From positions 1,056,001 through 1,120,000 of the forward strand of contig AE017150.2 in the NCBI GenBank assembly GCA_000002445.1: a DNA stretch of 64,000 nt, written 5' to 3'. Of this stretch, positions 63,701 to 64,000 are shown piece by piece (positions within the stretch are counted from its first letter, which is position 1; each line of letters begins with the position of its first letter). Under the pieces are notes generated by a model that did no database searches, was not told the DNA's origin, and saw only the letters and a program-made list of their open reading frames with translations. Origin of the DNA: Trypanosoma brucei (Eukaryota). The position numbers and the translations under genes were made by a program.

Positions 63701-64000
63701 GTTACCTTCTTATTTGTTATTATGCTGTTGTACAATCGATTCTAATAACATAATTTCTTTGAGTATCTTTTGAAGGTTATGTAATGTTCATATGGGAAAA
63801 TGAAGGTGCAGAACCATTCTTTGGTGTATACTCAATTTTTGTCTTCTGTTGGATCAATTTCTTTTTGTTGAAACAAAAAAGCAAAAAGGAGGAAATAAAA
63901 TATACGACTGTAGAAACATAAACGAACTATCAAAAAAAAAACACATATACATATTTATAATATGTGTTCTTTCTGCACACACAAAAAAAAAAGAAAAAAA
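60703..64000 (+). repeat. Segmental duplication unit, copy B. It runs to the window edge and probably continues beyond it.
   Basis: See copy A. The small flanking ORFs at 50324-50569 and 60787-61032 are near-identical. Confidence 0.9.
61941..63335 (+). CDS. Equilibrative nucleoside transporter (ENT family), copy 2, a paralogue of copy 1.
   Basis: 464 aa. It is co-linear with copy 1 and lies inside a duplicated block of about 3.3 kb. Confidence 0.85.
   Translation: MAMLGFESTAEFFVYLTFIFFGMSVMNVTNAIYSNYYFFWEYYKFAQGNEHAVSANPSFWKHMFTYYNVVVFTMQVLLEAFMLTPLGRRIPISWRLFFGLSLPMVEIIVILVIPAVGGTSEGGAMATMMIVAFVCGISMTLCDSSNAALAGPFPTKFYGATVWGLAVSGLMTSFLAIVIQASMKDNFESRRTQSQIYFGLVMFLQVVACVLLVLLRKNPYAIKYAAEFRYAARKDGKTDDGEDENDAKGTGPADEDGYPDEKENKNVLNADIDPDKMKDTDQVEGTTNAQQMLDASVMVVVKRIWPMLLSCFFVFFATLLVFPDVFVAVKEGFPTHGGWYFTIVVAMFNLGDFLSRLVLQFKRLHVSPRMVMIGSFARALLIIPLSLCAAGTIPGVWLPYTVSLLWGLTNGYFGGLSMIYGPRTGSLTTAGQRSLAAICINVALLLGLFAGAMFALAVKEGLPE

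Noticed and set aside
1-64000. A search for tRNA genes, rRNA, CRISPR arrays, prokaryotic promoters and terminators, and integrase or transposase genes.
   Set aside because: None found. The sequence is eukaryotic kinetoplastid nuclear DNA in a unidirectional polycistron, so prokaryotic feature classes do not apply. No tRNA T-loop or acceptor motifs were spotted in intergenic regions by eye. A tRNAscan-SE run would be definitive.

Overview
This window reads as nuclear DNA from an African trypanosome of the Trypanosoma brucei group. The recognisable products are the GPI-specific phospholipase C (GPI-PLC, with its catalytic His34 and a C-terminal CCGAC cysteine cluster), HSP104/ClpB, coatomer beta', ribosomal proteins S13 and L44, and equilibrative nucleoside transporters. 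From memory, this gene order fits the chromosome 2 GPI-PLC / HSP104 / nucleoside-transporter (TbNT) locus; that assignment is established knowledge, not something I computed.

All 21 supported protein-coding genes lie on the + strand, which is consistent with a single kinetoplastid polycistronic transcription unit. The intergenic regions are long, pyrimidine-rich and full of microsatellites. I found no tRNA, rRNA, CRISPR or prokaryotic-style operon signals. This is not a bacterial accessory region.

The most unusual element is a giant gene (3596-13342) built from about 54 tandem 38/39-aa repeats in three subfamilies, most carrying a CxxC motif. It has an internally duplicated 255-aa N-terminal domain and a single in-frame TGA at 7322-7324 that splits the frame into two ORFs. 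I do not recognise this repeat protein.

Also notable:
- a 10,463-bp segmental tandem duplication carrying nucleoside-transporter paralogues with patchy, mosaic divergence;
- a 2OG-Fe(II) oxygenase gene embedded in that array;
- a protein with six RanBP2-type zinc fingers and a mitochondrial-presequence-like N-terminus;
- a hypothetical protein carrying motifs that resemble a trypsin-like catalytic triad;
- a putative type-I membrane glycoprotein;
- a 5-kb ORF-free stretch of atypical composition inside the transporter array.
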